Shown one piece after another: positions 61,716 through 64,000 of a DNA stretch of 64,000 bases (positions are counted from its first letter, which is position 1; each line of letters opens with the position of its first letter). This DNA comes from Octopus sinensis. Lineage: Eukaryota. The DNA lies in the NCBI RefSeq assembly GCF_006345805.1, contig NC_042998.1:199082001-199146000 (forward strand), given 5' to 3'. The position numbers and the translations under genes were made by a program. The notes under the pieces are model-generated. The model saw only the letters and a program-made list of their open reading frames with translations. It was not told where the DNA came from and searched no databases.

Positions 61716-63590
61716 TATTCTTGTATTTCGGGACGGTCATTTTTTTTCGCCAAATAAACACACGCACTATATATTTGTTCTTCCCTCATTTATTACTGTT
61801 CTTATTCTAACTCATGTCCATTGTCCGAGAATCTTTCGTTACACATCTGTGACCTCTTCGGCGACACTTTTCGCCTTCGCGTATGCTCTTGCTTCACTTA
61901 TTTCATTCTGTTCTTCTATGATGTATATCCTTATGTGCATATGCGTTTGCGTCTGTGTTTGTGTGTGAGTGTGTGTGTGTATGTATATGTGTGCGTAATT
62001 GTTCTTAGTAGCAGTATGACTTTTCTCTTAGTTCCTTCCTCTTCCCCTGTTGTTGCTGCTGCTGTCCTAGGACTCGAAAATTTGGTACAGTTCCTGTATC
62101 TCTCTGTGTTTGTGCGTGTGTGTATGGGTTCGCTTCTTATGTTGTTTGTATCTATGTCCTTCATATAAATGTATTTATTTTCTATTTATCTATTTATTTC
62201 TATTTCTTATATGGATCACAGATATGTACATATATGTCTATTGTGTGTGTATTACTCTCTTTGTGTTTTATTTATTATTATTTCACCCTCCCTCTTCTAC
62301 TCCCTTTTGTCTTTAGTCATGTGGTGTTATTGCTCCATTCGTGTTTTCTATTCACGCTCGGTCTTTCTACTGCTATGTGTGTAGCCTCTGTGATCTGTCT
62401 AAGTGTCGTGTCACTTCTACGCGTCGATAATACTTTAATCTCTATGCTATTAATCGACCCTCCATGATCTGCTTGAGCATGTTGGTAGAGCACTGACAAG
62501 CCTTTCTTTTCTTGGAGCTCTCGCCAATATTCACTTATACGCTCCCCTGTGCTGCGTGCAGTCTCTCCAATGTAAGTGGTTGTCATGTTTCAGCACTGTC
62601 CCTCAGTACATCGTAAGCTATACATTATATATTCCTAACCTTACAGTTAACCCGTGGGTTCATACTACATACAACACAATTGTTCTCCGATCAGGGATTT
62701 TATAGGGGCACCAGGCCTTTCTACTACCTTAATCCGTAGATTAGTCTTAATGTTTTCCTAAAAATGTATACTAGTTTGACAATCTGATATTTTTTGTTGT
62801 CATACCAAGAGTTGGTCTTATCTATCTTATTTCTGGTCCCTTCTGTGCTGTCCCACGATTCACTCCTGTACAGCGGGCAGATCCGTTTAGCATCACTCTC
62901 CATGATGGCTTTGTACTTAGTCCTGGCTCCTTTGTATACTCTAATCCTGTCCCTTTGATTGTAGCCAGAGAACTGCATGCAGTGAATGAAGTGTTATGTC
63001 TTTCCAATTCCATAGGGTCGCACATGCCAGACACATTCTTCATCACTCTCACCAAGTCAGTTATAAGAATGTTGAACTTGGCGTTGTCCGCAATAGCTGT
63101 GTTCTTGTGAACAAGGTATTTAAAGGCCGTGGGTTTGGCATAATGAGAGTGAAGGATCTGGACCTTACCTTTCTTCGTTTCTAGCCAGAGTACTGAGTCT
63201 AAAACGGGTAATCTATAGTCTGGGTGCTTATTGGGGTAGTCTATCGTTATTTGAATACGCAGGTAGATGGAGTTAGGTATTTGCTGGATGCTCTCCGCAA
63301 TGTTAGCTTCTAGATCATAAACATTGTCTTGTAGGGTTGCTTTGACTACTATGTTGATATCATCCACATAGTAGGAGTTCATGGTTAGATTTATGGAATT
63401 CACTGCTAATTTCTCTTTGAGTCTCCTATCCGACCATACCATAAAGTGTCGCTGAAGAGGTCACAGATGTGTAACGAAAGATTTCCGGACAATGGACATG
63501 AGTTAGAATAAGAACAGTAATAAACGAGTGAAGAACAAATATATAGTTCATTTGGCAAGGAAAAAATGACTGTCCCGAAATACAACAATA
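61716..63590 (-). mobile_element. Penelope-like element, 5'-truncated, with an inverted terminal repeat (pLTR)
   Basis: RT C-terminus YYVDDI...RLPVLD..HYAKP; GIY-YIG TYIGETARS..ER..E..H..LRQITEA..VNRKHEW (62317-62586); ~150-bp IR 61716-61870 / 63443-63590. Confidence 0.85.
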
Positions 63591-63642
63591 TTTGTTTCAG
63601 CACACGAATTCACATCAGGAGTCTTGCATCATAAATTAATAA

Positions 63643-63696
<54 letters not shown>

Positions 63697-63845
63697 TTAC
63701 CTTCGACCATATAATACAATAAATGAATTAATTGCATTGCAATTCTAAGCATTTATGTATTAGCTTTCTGGGTACTTTACTGGCAGTATATTGAATAAAT
63801 GATATCCCATATGGGTTACACTCATAACCCCTATCTCACTTTGTA

Positions 63846-63883
<38 letters not shown>

Positions 63884-63904
63884 TAGATATATATAGTTGC
63901 TGTC

Positions 63905-64000
63905 TAGTCAGAAGCTTGCTTTCCAACCACATGGTTCCGAGTTCAGTCTCAATGCGTGCCACTTTGGGCGTCTTCTACTATGGCCTCGGGCCAACTAAAG
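63905..64000 (+). mobile_element. SINE-B 5' part, cut by the window edge
   Basis: gcttgctttccaaccacatggttccgagttcagtc. Confidence 0.75.

Overview
Eukaryotic, AT-rich, microsatellite-dense and transposon-saturated genomic DNA with one 100-N scaffold gap (48638-48737). The SINE landscape and microsatellite density resemble an octopod cephalopod (Octopus sp.); this is an inference, not a database result. I could not support any host protein-coding gene, rRNA, true tRNA gene or CRISPR array. The largest feature is a full-length ~6.15 kb Tx1/L1-clade LINE on the minus strand (11371-17515; gag-like CCHC ORF1 plus APE-RT-CCHC ORF2) sitting inside a (GATA)n array. There are dozens of tRNA-derived SINEs in at least four head families, which I label A-D; I cannot reliably map them to the published octopus OK/OR1/OR2 names. 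Also present are relics of RTE, CR1, R4/Dong-type RLE LINEs, Penelope-like elements, Tc1/mariner, Chapaev3, hAT, piggyBac-type MITEs and Helitron/Helentron elements. Most notable observations: (1) a type-I hammerhead-ribozyme fold with a reciprocal G3:C8 core swap, plus several other minimal hammerhead-like motifs; (2) SINE-A shares its 3' stem-loop tail with the GATA-embedded Tx1 LINE; (3) SINE-A repeatedly inserts at 5'-GGTA(T), a motif it carries internally, which could explain its head-less tandem arrays; (4) SINE heads C and D are shuffled among five different 3' tails, mostly as TSD-bounded units. Coordinates were read by eye and repeat boundaries may be off by a few bases.
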